Shown: positions 51,539 through 64,000 of the stretch, piece by piece
Layout of the letters: every line of letters starts with the position of its first letter
How positions within the stretch are numbered: the stretch's first letter is position 1
Source of the DNA: Podarcis pityusensis
Taxonomy: Eukaryota
Reading direction: 5' to 3' (one strand)
Length of the DNA: 64,000 bases
Assembly (NCBI GenBank): GCA_964106645.2
Contig: OZ067043.1
The notes under the pieces: generated by a model
The model's database searches: none
What the model was told of the DNA's origin: nothing
What the model saw: only the letters and a program-made list of their open reading frames with translations
Made by a program: the position numbers and the translations under genes

Positions 51539-52134
51539 TAACCCTCCCTTCCACAGCACATTTTAAATGGGCATTAGATGTCAATAAGCCAAAGGCCTGG
51601 TTAGAGAGGAATGTTTTTGCCTGTGATCACTTGTATTTATGGTGCTTCATATCATTCATATAGGTGGACTGCCCAGAGAGGGTCATATATGGCATCCTGG
51701 TTTCACTATAGCGATGAGAAGCAGGTCTGTGGCTTCTTTTTGATGGCAAGTTATTTGAGAACCATGTTTGATTGCACAGGCTTTAGCCTGCACTATGGGA
51801 GGAAAAAGGGAGTGAGCAAGCCACCTAACTTAGCACGTGCTGCCAGAAAATGAACATTTTTAGGTTTCCTCTGTTATTTTGTTACTTTCAAAATATCAAA
51901 ATACAGGCATCAGAACGTAAAGGTTAAATCAATTTAAAATGTTCATAAAGGTTTTCAAAAACAGGAAACATTTATTGTAATGGTATTTCTGGAGCAGGGG
52001 ACAATGGCACATATTTAAAAACAGTTATTTTTGTTAACCATAAACTGCTAAGAGGACCTGGCTGTAGCTCAATGATAGCTTTGCTGGCAGAAGGTCTCCG
52101 GTTCAATCCCTGGTGTTTCCATGAAGGGCTAAAT

Positions 52135-52328
52135 CAGAGTTTTCCAAACTTTTCATGTTGTTGATACACTTTTTATACATGCATCATTTTGTGACACAGT
52201 AATTCAGTTTTACTAGCAAACTAACCCCTTTCCAGCCCCGGGAGGAGTGTGGTGAATATTCGCATGACACATCTACACACTGCAACCAACACACTAACAT
52301 GTCACAACACACAGTCTGGAAATCTCTG
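52135..52328. mobile_element. hAT MITE inserted just behind a tRNA-derived SINE head (52058-52125)
   Basis: Perfect 8-bp TSD GGCTAAAT (52127-52134 and 52329-52336); TIRs CAGAGTTTTCCAAACT / AGTCTGGAAATCTCTG. Confidence 0.88.
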
Positions 52329-54123
52329 GGCTAAATAGTATTAGAAGTATAATAACATTATTTAGCCACCATTATAAAATAAACCAATTATTTTGGGGAA
52401 TGTTGCTTAGTTAGACACAATTCTTTCAAAGAATTATTAACAGATTTCGGCTGGAAATATGGAACTCTTTTTGGATTAATGCTTCTAAAATTCAGAATGT
52501 ATTTATTACTCAGTGACTTGGCCAAGTTTTATTGTTCATTTTGAAAACAGTTGAGATAAACAAGAGATGGCCCCATGGTTTATGTGGCCTTTCACATGCT
52601 GCAACTGCTGTGGTTTAATTTCAACCAGGAATGGGGGACTCGTGAATCCCACCAGCCCCAGCTTGCGTGGCCAATGGTGAGGGATGATGGGAATTGTAGT
52701 CCAAAGGCATTTGGAGGGCAACAGACTCCCTATACCTGATTTAAACATTTGGTAAGCTGTTGTAAGAGAATTGTACTTGAAAGTCATTCCAGCCAAAGCC
52801 CGCTAACCTATTTTCTTTTAAAGTAATGCAGGACAGGCACTGACTGAGTTTATGATGCAGCTGCCAGAGACGGCTATTCTCTGTAATAACAGGAAAGTAG
52901 TGACTCCATAGTGGGAGAATATGGCTCCATGGTGGGAGAATTGGAGTGCAAATACACAAGATTGTTCCTGTTCATTTGTGAAGTGTTACAGAATATGATC
53001 ATATCCTAGCAACACCTTAATATATGCAAAAAGGAGGGTTAAAACAAATAATTTTGCTTAGTACTGCTGCTAGCAACTAAAACTAAAAACATTGCTTTAG
53101 ACTGAGCACTCGTCTGTCTCTTCAAGAAAGCTAGGCTTCAGAGTGTTGGGATTAAGGTCTGCATCAAACTGCACAGTGGAGTGTTAGCAGGAAAAGCAGG
53201 AGAGGCCCACTAAAATATAAATGAGCTGCTTGCCCTTTGGATTCATTCTTCATGAAACGAAACATTAATCCAAAATGAAGAACGACCTGAGGTATAGGGG
53301 TTCTGCCAGATGGAGTCAACTGGAAATTAAAGCTGCTCCAAGGTTGGTGGGCAAGGCAAACACAGGAAGCTAAGGACTATTATTTTTGTCAGATGAAAGC
53401 ATGCACAGCAGAGAACATGCATAGTGCCATGCAAGACCAGCAGCCTGATCTTTGGCAATTTTGCTTTGTGGAATGAGACTTACTCTCAACTAAGTGTGCT
53501 TCGGAATTCCGCTTGGGAATAAGTAGGAGGTTGACTTGGTGTGGATTTATGTCCTGCTTCCTCCCGTTCAATTCCTTGGAAAATTACTTTGACATTCTAT
53601 GCTCCCTGCCTGACAGAAAGTGGAAATAAACAAATTCCCCATCAGTTTGAATCTGAATTGCTCATTGATTTTTTCACAGTGATTCTTCTGTCCACACTAG
53701 TTACTTAGAATACTGTTAAAAATGTGAAAGGTGTGATCTTTTGAGGCTTTTCCAGAGACTAGTTACCTGAAAGTATGACATTGACTATTTGTGTTGCAAA
53801 GGTTTATGTTTTATGTTTTCATCTTAGTTCATTTTTCCTGTAATATTCATGTATTATATGGATGGGCGAGCTTCAAGCTTGTGGGATCTGTTTGTTTGCT
53901 TACTAGAGCCCTCAGATCCATCAGCTGGGGGACAAGTGTTTGCATAGGGACTCAGTGGGGGAGACATTCACTTAAAGGTAAAGAGGACTTCTGAATACAT
54001 CCCCCCCCAGGAATTTGTTTTTGTTACCAAATGTGAGTTCTTAGTTTTTCACATAAAAATTCATGTATGGCTCCCGCCCCCCATCTCCCTTCCTAAATTT
54101 CTTCATTTCAGCAGCATTTAGTC

Positions 54124-54490
54124 TTTATTTTTTATAGTTTTCATTTATATACATTACAACAATTATTTAACCAAGTTTTAACATTTTCAATTTTGACTCC
54201 CTCCCCCCTCTTTCTGCGGTTCCTTACATTTATTTTCATCCTTTCCTGCATACTTCAAATTGCCTTAACTTATTCTTTTAATCGTCTACTCTCATATATA
54301 TCTCATATCTATTTTTTTAAACTGCAGGTTTTTACAATAATCCTGCCAATGTCTCGATCTGTTTATAGTTTGTTTATAAATACTCAATAAACTACTTCCA
54401 TTCCTTCTAAAAGTTTCTTATTCTTCTGTTAAGTTTTGCCATTTCTGCATACTCCATTGGTTTCTGCATTCAATCTTCTTTCTTTCGGAC
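54124..54490 (-). mobile_element. L1-clade LINE 3' end
   Basis: T-rich tail at 54124-54140. Minus-strand remnant MEYAEMAKLN...KEWK..IEYL is typical of squamate L1 ORF2 C-termini. Confidence 0.7.
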
Positions 54491-55009
54491 CTCTTCATCC
54501 TTCCACTTTTGGGCAAATAACATTCTTTAATCGGTGCTTTTTTTCTGGGTATACTCAAGGGTATGCAGTACCAACACCCCCCCCAATGGTAAGAGTGTTG
54601 CAATTACTGTAATAGCTTCATGGTGAGTACCAGCACCATTTTTTCTTAAAACAAACAAACCACTGTTAATCCTTAAGGTAATACCTGGTGGTCACAAGCC
54701 TTTGCTGTTCTCCTTCCATCTACATCAGTCGCCGCACCTTCCTCCCCCAGAATACAGGAACTTCCACTTTTATTTATTTATTATTTTAGAGGGGGGCACA
54801 AATAACTTGATGAAATAGGTGTGCAGGGCCATTCCTAAAGAATATTGCCCATTGTGGTGGAAGGAAATGAAAGAGGGGTTTTGTGCTGGTTATAATGGAT
54901 AAACTACAACATGTTCCCCATTTTGTATGGGCAAAATAGAAAGATTTCTGCTTGAATAGACATATTTAATTGTGTTTTAATATAAGTTTCTTCGAGAGCC
55001 CACTGAACA

Positions 55010-55215
55010 AAACCAGTAAGGTATAATGGATAGAGTGTTCAACTTGGACCAAGGAGATCTGAGTTCAAATCCTCACTCTACCATGAAACCCAAAATAAAA
55101 TCATTACCTTTCAGTCTAACTTATGTCACAACATTGTCGTGAGAATATAATGGCGCAATCCCAATGTAAATCATCGGTATCCTTAGTATCTTCTTGGGAG
55201 GGTAGGTAACAAATT
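55010..55215 (+). mobile_element. Old MIR/CORE-like SINE
   Basis: GGTATAATGGATAGAGTG...GAGTTCAAATCC A/B boxes and a TTGTCGTGAGAATA core remnant. Confidence 0.65.
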
Positions 55216-55887
55216 TAAACAATATTACTATTTGGGCACATATATTTGAAAAATACATTATTCATATCAATAGCTTGCTATATTGTTATTTTAATCTGAT
55301 TGCACCAACCATTGAAAAAATAAAGGAATGCAATGCCTACTCCATCATTTAAATAGATACGGAATGGCTCAGAGAGAGGCAGGACAAGGGCTGTTGGGGG
55401 CTTAATGGCTAAGGCTTACATTTATTGTGCTTCTGTAAACTGGCATGAGATTGCACCATTATGTTTTGGTACTTCAGCAATGCAAGAAAGCAAAACAGGT
55501 GTGCAGGCAATAATATAAGGACGACAATAGTAACTGCTGCAGTGCCTTTGGTGTAGTGGATAATTGTCGCTTGTTCTTGCAACGTTCTTTTCCCCTCTAT
55601 TTGGAATCATGGGGCACTACATGCCTGAATGATTTTGTGTAGCGGTGTCTCTGCACAAGCCTACTCAGTTGGTTCACTACAGTAAAACAGAAGTGTGATT
55701 GATGTGTTTTGTTGTAGGGAATAAAGGAAGCCAATGCAGATTCTACTGTGGTTCCATGCTTCAGTGACGTTTGATATTTATAGGAATATTCCACCTGGCT
55801 CTAAAAGACTTTGTATAATACCATAACATTCAGATAAATAACCAAACCTGTTTTGGAATGTCTGATTGCCTTCTGTTTTATTACTAG

Positions 55888-55978
55888 TTTGATGCTGAGA
55901 GAGATGAGGAAGAAGTATTCAAAGACATAAGCATGGCAGTTGACAACAAACTGTTTCCTCCTAAAGAACCTGTTGAAG
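55888..55978 (+). CDS. AK5: AK5 coding exon 7 (FDAERDEEEVFKDISMAVDNKLFPPKEPVE)
   Basis: Acceptor ttactag|TTT, donor GAAG|gtgagt, 91 nt. Matches recalled AK5 FDADRDEDEVFYDISMAVDNKLFP. Not in the supplied ORF track. Confidence 0.94.
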
Positions 55979-56565
55979 GTGAGTTGATTATTAACCCCCA
56001 AATACTGTAGGCCCAGCCTTGCTTTCACAATGTAACATATTTTCAAGATCAAAATATATTACTGCTTCAGAAAAAGTATATTAATAAAAAAATTAATGTC
56101 ATTGATTTTAGGGGGTTCCATGTCTATTATGTATGCACTAATATGTGACATTTTCTGAGCACTATTAATGTTCTGTTGATATACAATATATACCGTAATG
56201 TATGAGACAGGGATGGTTCACATATTCCCAAATTCATACTTGAAAAGTGCTACCATAAAGGATTTTTAAAACCACATTTGGATCATAATGTGTTAAGTGA
56301 TCATCACACATTATAGTATATAAAGATGAATTGACCCATTTCTCTCCTGAATATGATTTGTGTGTAAGATTTAGCAGTGTGAAAAGCAGCCCAAAGTATT
56401 TTTTCCTGGTAGCAGGCCTTTCTCATACTAAAAACACAAAAACCCACTGGTATTTATTAGCATACTATAATATTGTATGTGTGTGCATGTGCACTGTGTG
56501 ATTTGTTTACAGTTTTGTAAACCTGCGAAATGCAAAAATAAAAAATAAAAAAGATACTAAGCAGG

Positions 56566-57314
56566 TCTTGCGCTTCGAGGACTTCAGGTAACCCTTCAGA
56601 AATAAATTCACATAGACTCATATTTTAGTTTAAGGTTGATGGGCAAAATTTAGGCCACAACTTTATTGATTACACAATGTGAGCGGTATTGGCTTAGGCA
56701 TTGACAAACTATAACTGACTCCTGCCCACCCCACAGGAGGTCTGGAAGGGTAAACCAAGCAAGGGAGCTACATCGATGCAAATTGACTGTAGCTCACCCC
56801 AGAGTTCCTGTGGTTCTGGCATGGCCCTAGCCCTTCAAGCGGACTTCAGACGAGATCCAGGACCCCCAGATTCCTTTAACGGAATACCCTTTTCATGGAG
56901 GGGCAGGTGATGGCCACACCTCACCTCCCCCATCCACAACTAAGTCAGTGCCTAACCGCCCAACCTTACAAAGTTGTGACAATTGCTGGGAGGTAGGCGA
57001 AAACCAAATGGCCAGTGCCAATCTGCCACATGGACAAAATTCCTACCAGGCTCCTGCCACAAAACAGGTGACCAACCGAAGTCCCAAGCAAGGCCAAAGC
57101 ACAGAAAACCAAAGAGGGCGGGTGGGTGGGTGTTTGGCCGCGCGAAGCAAGTGGCTCTGATGCATCACACTGCCGTTTATAAATCCTCCTCCTCCCCCAA
57201 CCCGCAAATCAATCTGATTGGGTGTCGCAACTGGCGCGATCGTGGGACCGCCCCAAAAACAACCGGGCTATGCCCAGCCTCCAGATGCTGTGGGGGCCCC
57301 AAGGTCCTGTGCGC
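56566..57314 (-). mobile_element. LTR-like terminal repeat (solo LTR or DIRS/Ngaro-type remnant), antisense to AK5
   Basis: Flanked by direct repeat AAGCAGG (56559-56565 and 57315-57321). On the minus strand: GC box, CCAAT (57217-57221), TATAAA (57176-57181), AATAAA (56662-56667). Class uncertain. Confidence 0.6.
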
Positions 57315-58943
57315 AAGCAGGACACTCCTTGAAGAGGATCCCATTTGTCAAAATTAGTCAAACTATCATTTTAACCTCTACCTCTATTTTATTTGAACTA
57401 TTTCTTCTGTCAAACAGAAATAAGATATTAAAGAGAAATCCTTAATTATGATTCTTCCTTTTCTATTAGGGTGAGGGAAACCTATAAAAAGCTGAACAAA
57501 AGAATTAAAAGCCAAAGAGCCCTTTGCTTACATCAAAGATTTTAATAAAGCAATATTTTAACTCAGTTACCTCCACTACTAATAATTTCTTCCTGCAGTG
57601 TATCTATTCCAACCTGCAGACTTTCAACAGAATGTTTTTGTAGCATATCCAAGCCTTTGCATCTTAAATTCCAATACTGTAATTGGTAGGAAGAAATGGT
57701 TTTTAAAGGAAAAAACTACTTGCAGTCTTCAAAGATGACAATATATTCTTATTCATTGTTGCTTCCTAACATATAATAAGGCTGTTGCTAAGGGCAACAA
57801 CTTGTCATGAAATTCTGCAGTTTAAATATATATATATATTTAAAGAATGAATTAGAAATACCTGAGGATAAGAATGAAACACTTTTATCATTCTGATGCC
57901 AATCAATCTATAATAAATTGTTGTCTTAACAAGACAGCGTCTTGCTGTCTTCATAATTTCAAACCACTTTTCTAGCATTCTGTGTGTCAACACAAGACTT
58001 TAAACTTTAAAGCTGTTTATATGTATCTCATTATATATTTGTCCATAAACAAAAAGGGCATATAGATGAGCAGTATCTCTCTTGGAGGTTATTTACAGTT
58101 GTTTTTCAAATCAAAAAATGAACAGATAAGATAAAATTGAAAACATTCCTTAAAGAATTGCCATCAAAAGCAGAGTATAAGTTACAAACAAAAGTAGTGC
58201 TGAACTGTGTAGGGCAAAATAAACTGGCTTTGTGTCAGGCAGAAATACACATGTCAGTGATCATGAGTTCCCAGATGTGTGGTTTCCAACATTAATAAAA
58301 GGAGAATAAGCACTTACAGCAAAGGATTACCATAAAGGTGGTATGGTTACTTTTTCCTATCCCTGCCCATTTCCTCCACTGCAACTCCACCTCCCTGGTG
58401 GGCTTCTGGCCTGGGACTCCAAAATACTAGGGACAGGAGGGGGGAGGTTCAAAACAACCTGGAGAATATTTGCAACAAAATATTGGTAGCCAGGAAAAAG
58501 TTAAGCTGACTAGGTGGAGAGTAAGTATATATTAGAAACCAGGAGCTGTTGATACCATTTTCTCAGAGCAGCAGACTAAGGAGAGGATTGTAGACTACTG
58601 AGAGGCTCCTTAAGGTACACCTGCCCCATTATAACTCCCTTTGTTGCCACTGCATTTGAAGGGGAGCAGAGTCAGAGGTTGTAGCAGCTGGATATCAGCC
58701 TGGGAGAGGAATCCTTGCCACTACATAGAAACAGATTGACCGTGTGAAAAAGAGGACAGGACTCTTGCACATTAATTGTTGTGTAGGAGAGGGAATTTCA
58801 GCAGGCATAGCTGGAGGAGATAGGGCCAGTGAGTGTGTCAGTATATTTGAGAATTGTTTTCTGTTTTGGTTTGTGGACTGGAATCCACCTTTACTATCCA
58901 TGGTAGATAAAGACAGTTTGGGAAGCAGATTGTGCAGTTAAGG

Positions 58944-59903
58944 TATGGTTACCAGACGTCTCTGTTTCCCGGGGACAGTCCCCGGATTTGCAAATCTGTC
59001 CCAGGATTTATATTTTAAGTGTTGTAGATTTATTAGTAGGGAATGAATGTTGCGTGATTGGTTCAACGGCACAAGACACATCATACGGGGAGTTCCGGCG
59101 AGGCAAAATGGCAAAACGGCAGCAAGCAGCTCCTGAAGCCAGCCAGAGCCAACTGTGCTACCAGGCTGGCTCCAGGCTGCTGAGACTGCCGCTGCCACTG
59201 CTGAGGGGGAACCAGGGATGCCCGGCGCATCAACTGGGGGAACTGCTGACCCCCGGCCCACCGTGACCCAAATCTAGCCGGGAGCAAAAGCGCCTGGCCA
59301 CCCGACTGACTGCCCAGCGGTGCTCCGGGGCCAGGAAAACCCCAGAGCCAACGCAGGGAGAAGTTGGAGAGGAGAAGGAGAATCATAGAATCATAGAATC
59401 ATAGAGTTGGAAGAGACCACAAGGGCCATCGAGTCCAACCCCCTGCCAAGCAGGAAACACTGCTTGGAAGGAAGAGAGAGACAGAGGAAGGAGAAAAAAG
59501 GGAAGCCCCAACCTTGCTGCACCACTGCCACTGCTGAGGAGAAGTAGGAGAGCACTGGGAGTTCAAGGACATGTGGCCGAGCCAAGGCCCGACCTGAGCC
59601 TATACTCCACGGTGGCTAGCGCCACTGGCGGACGAAGAGGAATGCAGGGGAGCGCACTGCCCCCGGCAGCGCGATCCTGGCAGGGTGCCATCACGACTGC
59701 CCCCCACCTCTACCTGCTCCGCCACTGGCTGGTGCTCCAAGAGAGCAGGCCGAGGCCCAGGGGAAGGCTGCGCGACAGAGGAGACCACAGAAGAGAAGAT
59801 ATTACTTCTTTTTTAAGTAACTTTTTTTAAAATAATTTTTTCTCTCTCTCTCTTTTTTAAAAAAAGTGTCCCCGGATTCTTTGAAAAAAATCTGGTAACC
59901 TTA
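58944..59903. mobile_element. hAT non-autonomous element (960 bp) carrying an internal CR1-type tail
   Basis: Perfect 8-bp TSD AGTTAAGG (58936-58943 and 59904-59911). TIRs TATGGTTACCAGA / TCTGGTAACCTTA. Subterminal GTCCCCGGATT repeats. Reverse CR1-type end (ATCATAGA)3...GAGTCCAACCCC at 59382-59460. Confidence 0.9.
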
Positions 59904-61090
59904 AGTTAAGGTGAAGTGATACAGTTATGGTAAAGCGATCTGTTTTAGATAGTAAAGGGTGATGAGGGTGATAGATGACAGCAGACATTAGTGTCTGAAT
60001 GGCGCTGCAAGATGTATTAGAAGTGTTAGCCCTAGCAGGGGAGGTGGATCCATTTGATCCCTTTTTCGGGCAGTGACATATCTTGGCCTCGCTGCAAAGC
60101 AGGTCCTTCCAGGAGCAAAATGTTGAAGAGCAGGGGTACTTTCCACATTCTTCCCCCTTTCACATTTGAACTCGTCTGATAATAACAAGAGAAGCAACAT
60201 TAAAGCATGGTAAGGAGTTGTTCGACCGAAGCATCTGTTCATGAAGACGTATCCTTGGTGACAAACATTCTGCAGCTGAGAAAGCAGGAGAGTGCAGAAC
60301 GAGGTTTATGAAGGAGTGTTAGAGCTCCAAGCAGGACATGCAGCAATGCATGAGAACTAGCCCAATGCTCATAATGGTTGGCTGGATGAAGGAGGCTAGA
60401 AGGTTCCACACAGCAGGAGCAAGAAAAAATGATTCTAATTTTCAGCACAAATCTTAGTGTTATCCTATCGGAAATGGTCTCCATTTATGCCCTTTTAAGG
60501 AACTGATTATTTTGATAAATACGAAGCAGCTTGATTTAAAGAAAACCACATAGTCTGAGAAAGATGCCTAACAACACCGAAAACATGTTCACTGTCTAAA
60601 TTGACCAGACTCTCCTTCCTGTCCCCCTGAAACTATGCATACTTTGACTTGTACAGTCTCTACCTCTGTAGAGTAAAGCTGAGAACACCAGCAGTTCCCC
60701 TTGGCAATTAAGGAGAATACTTTTTTTTTAAAAAGCCTTTCTGTGCTTCACTACAATTGGAACTAAATTTGAACAGTAGAAAATTAAGAAAGAAAATTGC
60801 CTTCAAAACTTTTATTTATGTTAAAGATGTGAAGCACGTTAATTATGAAATACATTATACAACCCAATGTGTGTTTACTTAGGACGGTGCAGTCCTAAGC
60901 CCTGGGCTGATAGGGATTGAGGGTAGGGTGGTACATATTTTGTTCATCACCAGTCTCCACTGACAGAGCAGAGCATCACTAGTATATGTGGAGTGAAGTG
61001 GGGATGTAAATCATGACATACATACAACCATACATACAGTGAAGCCTATCAATCCTTTTTCAGAAGATCCCTTTCTCTTTCCTATTTTAG

Positions 61091-61167
61091 GTCCAGGGGA
61101 AGTTGACCTTAATCTCACTGTGGACCTTGGAGATATTGCTGATAATGAATTTGACTTTGAAGACCAG
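61091..61167 (+). CDS. AK5: AK5 coding exon 8, acidic linker (GPGEVDLNLTVDLGDIADNEFDFEDQ)
   Basis: Acceptor cctattttag|GT, donor CAG|gtaatg, 77 nt. Phase 1 to 0 keeps the frame. Ends in D-x-EDQ like the recalled AK5 linker. The gene is incomplete at the window end. Confidence 0.88.
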
Positions 61168-63504
61168 GTAATGGATTTTATCAGTTAAAAGCTTTCTCTC
61201 ATTCATTTAGGTCTCATTCTTTTAGGTCACTTGCTTTAGCTTCCATTTTTCTCTTAGGTTGTGTTCACACCCCCATTTACTCTGCACCCAGCGTGCTCAC
61301 AACACTGGTTTCCAAAGTGGTGCACGCAGGACATTAACCACAATCCACCTCTGTTGTCCTTTAGTTTCTAACAAAATACTGCATTTTGATTCATTTTCTC
61401 CCAAACCAGCATCAATCCAAATTGAGAAGAAGAATGGGCCTTACCTGTGTTTTAATCAGGTAATGTGTACACAGCCTTAGCCTCCTTGTACACTAAAGGA
61501 TAGACTTCTGTGATATAGAGGGTTAAATTATTCATGTGACTACTTAAATTATTTCATTGTTCAACATACTGTTACAGATTTTTTTTAAAAAATGTGATAT
61601 TTCTTAAATATAGGGGTGAAGGCAGACATATTCTACAAATGATGGAAATAGTTGTGTAAGCCACTTTTAATGTTGTTTTATGTGTACAACATAATAGATG
61701 CAGCATTCAAAGCACTTCCACCACATTTCAGAATGTATGTCATTCTTCATCACAAGCATATTGTTATTATTCTGAGCAAACCTAATGCTTCTCAGTACTG
61801 TGTTCCTATGTTCTTTGTATTCTTTTCTTTTACAGACTCCCCTCAGTTCCAAACAAATTTCCCCTTTCATGTTGCGCAATTTGTTCTGGTTTCTGAGGGG
61901 AAATACTGTCAGTTTTTATAGGCCAGTGAATTTCCAGAACACAAGGTTCACTTTCAATTCTTCCGCACAGCGATTGCATTAAGGCTACAGTCCTATACAC
62001 ACTTACCTGGGAATGAGCTCCACTGATAGCAGTGGCACTTACCTCTGGGTAGACATGCCCAGGATTGCATTATTTTAGTCTATAGCATCATCCCTCTATT
62101 TCCCAACTTCACCAGGAGGATGCTCTTGCTTATGTAGCCAACATTATATGATCCAAACACAAAAGGGAGGTATCAGTAGGCTTGGGGGGATATTGTAGAA
62201 GAACAAAAAGAAATACTGGGGCGGTGCAAACCCCTTGAAAAACAGCCCCATTATTGCTTTTCTTTTTCTGTTGTTTTCCTGGAGTTTGCCAAGGTACATT
62301 GTTAACAGAAGGATGTGCAACTGTGTGTTTAGATGTACAAGGGATTTAGATGTGCAAGGGATCCACTTAAGAACGTTACACCATAAACAGTGATCTGTTT
62401 TTCAAACTGCCTTCAGCTGTGTGAAAATACTGGTTGTCCAAGGAACCCATGCCTTTCTAAGGAATTGCTGAATGCATTAGGTCAAAGAGTGAAAAGTAGG
62501 GTTGCGATATTCCCAAAAGTGAAAAACTGGATGGAGTTATTGAGCTTTCTTGGGGGGGGGGGTTGTCAGAGGTGTGTTTTTTTTGTTTGTTTTTTGTCAA
62601 AGTTGTTTAGCTTTTGGGGGGCTTTTCTTTCATTTTAAAAAAATTAAAAATTGAAAGATAAAAATTGCCCAATTTGCCATACATCTGAGTTTTCACGTAC
62701 ATTTTGCTGATTCAGCAAAAATCCGCCCAGACACCATATTTCTGAGCGATTCCCAGACGTATGGCAGACCTAATGAAAAGTGGAGTAAGAATTCGTAACA
62801 TATGGTTGGCTCCAGAGCTTTCGTAAGTAGGACTCTGCTCATAGGACCCTTGTGGAAGGCAGGAGGGGCTGTTTTTGCCTTTCCTCCTACAGCTCACTGT
62901 GACCCCTGAAAAGGCCTACACTGGAACAGAGTGGGAGGTGGCAAGTGTGAGTGAGCTCCTTTGGGAAGAAAATGAGGGCTTCAGGAAGAAGGGGAAACTG
63001 GCAGAAGTTGTGGCCTCTTCTCATTCTCCATCCAGCAGGATCTTCCACTGGATCTTTAGCCCTTCTGTTTGAGGAAGGAAGACCTCTGTTTTCAGAACGT
63101 CAAATCTGGATGCAACCTGATGAAATTATCTGGGAAAGTAAATGGGAACCAGAAGGCAGTGTAGAATTTTTCTAGTCGCCGCCAGCGACTTCACATAAAA
63201 TCGAAACATGTTGCTAAGGCTGCAGACAGTAACTTTAGTTTCAAACACTGGAAGTTCAAAATAAGTGGGCAAGAACATGAAATTACTAGAGCTATGCTCA
63301 GTTACCAGCTTCGCAGAATAAAGAACTTTACTAAAAGGGGCAAAACCTAGCTTTTGTGGTCAAAGTCTTTATTAGTATTCAGCTTTATACCCTGAGCCTT
63401 GCCTTACCTTCCATTAGAAAGAACCTCTACTCATCAGTGGCGAAGATGTAAATATATTTGGGGTACATCTCTTAGAAGTGGGTGTACAATTCTGAACCAT
63501 TGTT

Positions 63505-63990
63505 TTATTTATTTATTCATTTTATGTGTTACATTTATATACCACCTTTATCTTCCAAGGATCTCAAGGTGGTGCACACAGTTCTCCTCCTTCCCATCTC
63601 ATCCTCACAACAACCGTGTGAGGTGAGTTGGGCTAAGAGCCACACTGGAGAGCCAGTGTGGTGTAGTGGTTAAGAGCGGTAGTCTCGTATTCTGGGGAAC
63701 CGGGTTCGCGTCTCCGCTCCTCCACCTGCAGCTGCTGGGTGACCTTGGGCTAGTCACACTTCTTTGAAGTCTCTCAGCCCCACTCACCTCACAGAGTGTT
63801 TGTTGTGGGGGAGGAAGGGAAAGGAGAATGTTAGCCGCTTTGAGACTCCTTAAAGGGAGTGAAAGGCGGGATATCAAATCCAAACTCTTCCTCTTCTTCT
63901 TCTAAGAGATGGTGGCTAGCCCAAGGACACCCAGTGAGCTTCATGGCTGAGTGGGGATTCGAACCCTGCTCTCCCAGTCCAACACCGACT
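63505..63990 (-). mobile_element. Older MIR/CORE-like SINE hosting the nested SINE
   Basis: ATCCTCACAACAACCGTGTGAGGT...|...GCCCAAGG..ACCCAGTGAGCTTCATGGCTGAGTGGGGATTCGAACCC is continuous once 63640-63908 is removed. Confidence 0.8.
63640..63901 (+). mobile_element. Young tRNA/CORE SINE with (CTT)n tail (Squam3-like)
   Basis: A box TGGTGTAGTGG, B box GGTTCGCGTCT, CORE-like GTGACCTTGGGC, (CTT)n tail, 7-bp TSD CTAAGAG (63633-63639 and 63902-63908). Confidence 0.85.
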
Positions 63991-64000
63991 TCATTATCCT

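Noticed and set aside
1-64000. CRISPR array, operon or other prokaryote-type system
   Set aside because: The sequence is a spliced vertebrate locus. No regularly spaced repeat-spacer array or dense coding block exists; short direct repeats are explained as TSDs or microsatellites.

Overview
Vertebrate genomic DNA from a squamate reptile, probably a lacertid lizard, judged from its Bov-B LINEs, Sauria SINEs and (CTT)n-tailed CORE SINE. The window holds the CpG-island promoter and the first eight coding exons of adenylate kinase 5 (AK5) on the + strand. The exons are 8532-8591, 17416-17602, 21905-22072, 24007-24176, 24291-24404, 35589-35780, 55888-55978 and 61091-61167. They join through GT-AG introns into an unbroken 1059-nt (353-codon) frame covering the N-terminal docking-type domain, the first kinase domain and the inter-domain linker; the gene continues past the window end. 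The rest is intergenic or intronic DNA dense in LINE fragments (Bov-B, CR1, L2, L1), SINEs and hAT, Tc1-mariner and Harbinger-like MITEs, many with readable target-site duplications (TSDs) and several nested. I see no prokaryote-type system, CRISPR array, tRNA/rRNA gene or second protein-coding gene. The best leads are four hypotheses: (i) exons 2-6 form a phase-0/phase-0, 831-nt block bracketed by inverted Sauria SINEs, so a back-spliced circle would be a stop-free ORF; (ii) a 1.1-kb non-coding L1-type element with a 20-bp TSD; (iii) an antisense LTR-like promoter cassette next to exon 7; (iv) a transposon-borne CTCF motif upstream of the gene. Repeat family names and comparisons with human AK5 come from recalled motifs, not database searches.
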